DNA from: Tubulanus polymorphus | Lineage: Eukaryota > Animalia > Nemertea | Length of the DNA: 64,000 bases | Direction of reading: 5' to 3' | Assembly (NCBI RefSeq): GCF_964204645.1 | Contig: NC_134025.1 | Coordinates: 31,290,299-31,354,298, forward strand | Shown here: piece by piece, positions 62,105 through 64,000 of the stretch | Position numbering within the stretch: the first letter of the stretch is position 1 | How the letters are laid out: the number at the start of each line of letters is the position of its first letter | Program-made: the position numbers and the translations under genes | The notes under the pieces: generated by a model | Seen by the model: the letters and a program-made list of their open reading frames with translations, nothing else | What the model was told of the DNA's origin: nothing | Databases searched by the model: none

Positions 62105-62461
62105 CTCCGCCCTCTTTATGATTGGCAGCGATCTAAAATAAACGTTGCTATCGTAAAACGCTTACTACAATGAACTTGAATAACGCTTGCGTAAAACAAC
62201 GTGACAGCGTCGTAACGTGGCGTTTACGCTGTACATTGTAACTTAACGTTTCGACGTTTATTAATTCGTACAACGTTTTAAAACGTTAGCGGTTTCAACT
62301 CGAATATAACGCGTTTCCGGTAAAAATCAGAGTTTTATTAAATAATATCCCGAACGAACGACGAGTGAAGGAGGAGCGCACACGGCACACGAGTATCGCA
62401 CACGACTAACACAGGCACACTGAGACTGAGATGTCGTTAGTGCGCGTTCTGTGGTTTTATT
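62105..62461 (-). promoter_or_regulatory. Candidate Delta core promoter
   Basis: Minus-strand AATAAAA (62461-62455) lies about 30 nt upstream of tandem Inr-like TCAGT (62429-62425, 62423-62419); CCAAT and GGGCGG boxes at ~62105-62126. Confidence 0.4.
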
Positions 62462-64000
62462 GTAACGGAGACGTCGCGTTCATTCATTCAGCGAAACTCG
62501 CTCCTCTTTAGAATGTTATTTTCACGCAGGGCTAAAGGACGGAGGAGGTTAAAAACTAGTTTCGGGGTTTAGTTTGTTATACAGTCTCAGACCCTACTAT
62601 AATAAAGCCTAGAGGTCCATGGCGTCTATAACAATACGCGTTGAGAGCCGAGAGAGTTGTGAATAATGTTTGCGGTCGCTACACGATATTATTTTTAGAC
62701 CGAAAAATATTCTGAATGTAACCAGGGCCGTCTCTTAAAGTTCATTCTCGGCAGTGTATGGATATAGCCGCAGCCGCTGTATCGGGGATTCCGAGGCTCC
62801 GTCGCTGTCTAGAGATTTATAGTTTTTTATAAGCAGCGATGAATCAATCGAAAACGTATCATAACAGTTTTAATGCTTTCAACGCCGAGAGGAGGATGAG
62901 GAATTCTAGAATGTTTTAAGAATCGGAATTTCTTGACAGATGTTCGGCGCACATAAACGGGCGCATTCACGCTCTATAGAGGGCTTAAAGATGTCTATAG
63001 AACATTTTCTAGACGTCATCACGAAAGAAGAGAAAGATGTCTGTTTACAACCAGAGTTCCAACATTATACACATCTAGATTGTATGTGAAATCGTATGAT
63101 TTAAACATATGTATTTACGCATTGGTTCAACGTGTTCAAAATATGATTCGAACGAACTTTTTACAAATCGAAATGATTAAAGACAAAATTTATCATCAAA
63201 AGATTGAAAATTAAAAAAAACCCGGAAAATACGACGTTTCGAACTGGCGTCAGGTGCGAGGGATTCTTTTAAATTTATCCGTGTCCTTATTTTATAATAT
63301 AATCTCCACGTCTGAGTGTTTACATGGACTATATCAATATTTAGTACGAATAGTTCATCATAGTAACTAAAGCTGACATGAAATATAGCGAATTATGATT
63401 GCTTCCATAAGTCAAATTTTATCCTATAGCCATCTGTATAATTCGAGTGATAGACAGTGTGGGTATATTAGATTTTGGAGTAATTATCTTGACAAGATAA
63501 TCATTCCAAGATAATTACTCCAAGATAAGATGTTTTCTTTGTCATAGACTATAGGTAACACTGTTTCGATTATAGTAGATGATTGGATACAATGAGTTGA
63601 GAGACCGTACAACCCGTAATTCATCAACAGTTTTCACTGATTTACAAAGAAACTCTAAACCACGAGGTAAAAATGCTGTCTAATTTGTAAAGAAACAAGC
63701 CATGCTTTAACCACCGGTATCTAAACTGAGATATTGTTTCGACGAGATAGAATATCCGTACAATAACTGTATATTATATCAATAGAAAATAAACTTCCGC
63801 GTGTTTTTGACCTTGATAATACAAATATAAAATCCCAATTTAATCTTCAGATATGATTCAATCTTTTATCAATGATTGTAAAATATGGATATACTGAGAT
63901 GTATAGACGGTAGACTAAAAAAAAAAAAAAATAAAAATGTTTGTTAAGTTATTTAATGAATTCGCGCAGACTAATGAAACGTTCAGCATTAATTCATCGT

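Overview
AT-rich, intron-containing animal genomic DNA, most likely from a spiralian or other invertebrate bilaterian; the species cannot be determined from sequence alone. Four spliced protein-coding genes can be built exon by exon with GT-AG boundaries and continuous reading frames. TFG is on the minus strand and runs off the left edge. Mitochondrial MnSOD (SOD2, minus) lies head-to-head with WTAP/fl(2)d (plus). A 10-exon Notch ligand Delta (minus, 36.6-62.0 kb) has MNNL, DSL, 9 EGF and TM domains and ends in ATEV. About 21 kb between WTAP and the Delta 3' end has no credible gene and holds MITEs, micro/minisatellites and candidate enhancers. The most notable non-coding signal is a 69-bp tandem array at 28.25-28.66 kb whose minus-strand unit is a minimal Penelope-type hammerhead ribozyme. 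Other observations: tandem duplications that copy real splice sites in SOD2 and TFG, a dense run of CTCF-like motifs over the housekeeping cluster, an E-box plus Su(H) cluster at 20.4 kb, miR-34/miR-137/K-box/Pumilio sites in the Delta 3' UTR, and a 2.2-kb G-rich 17-bp minisatellite in Delta intron 8. All calls were made by eye, with no database searches.
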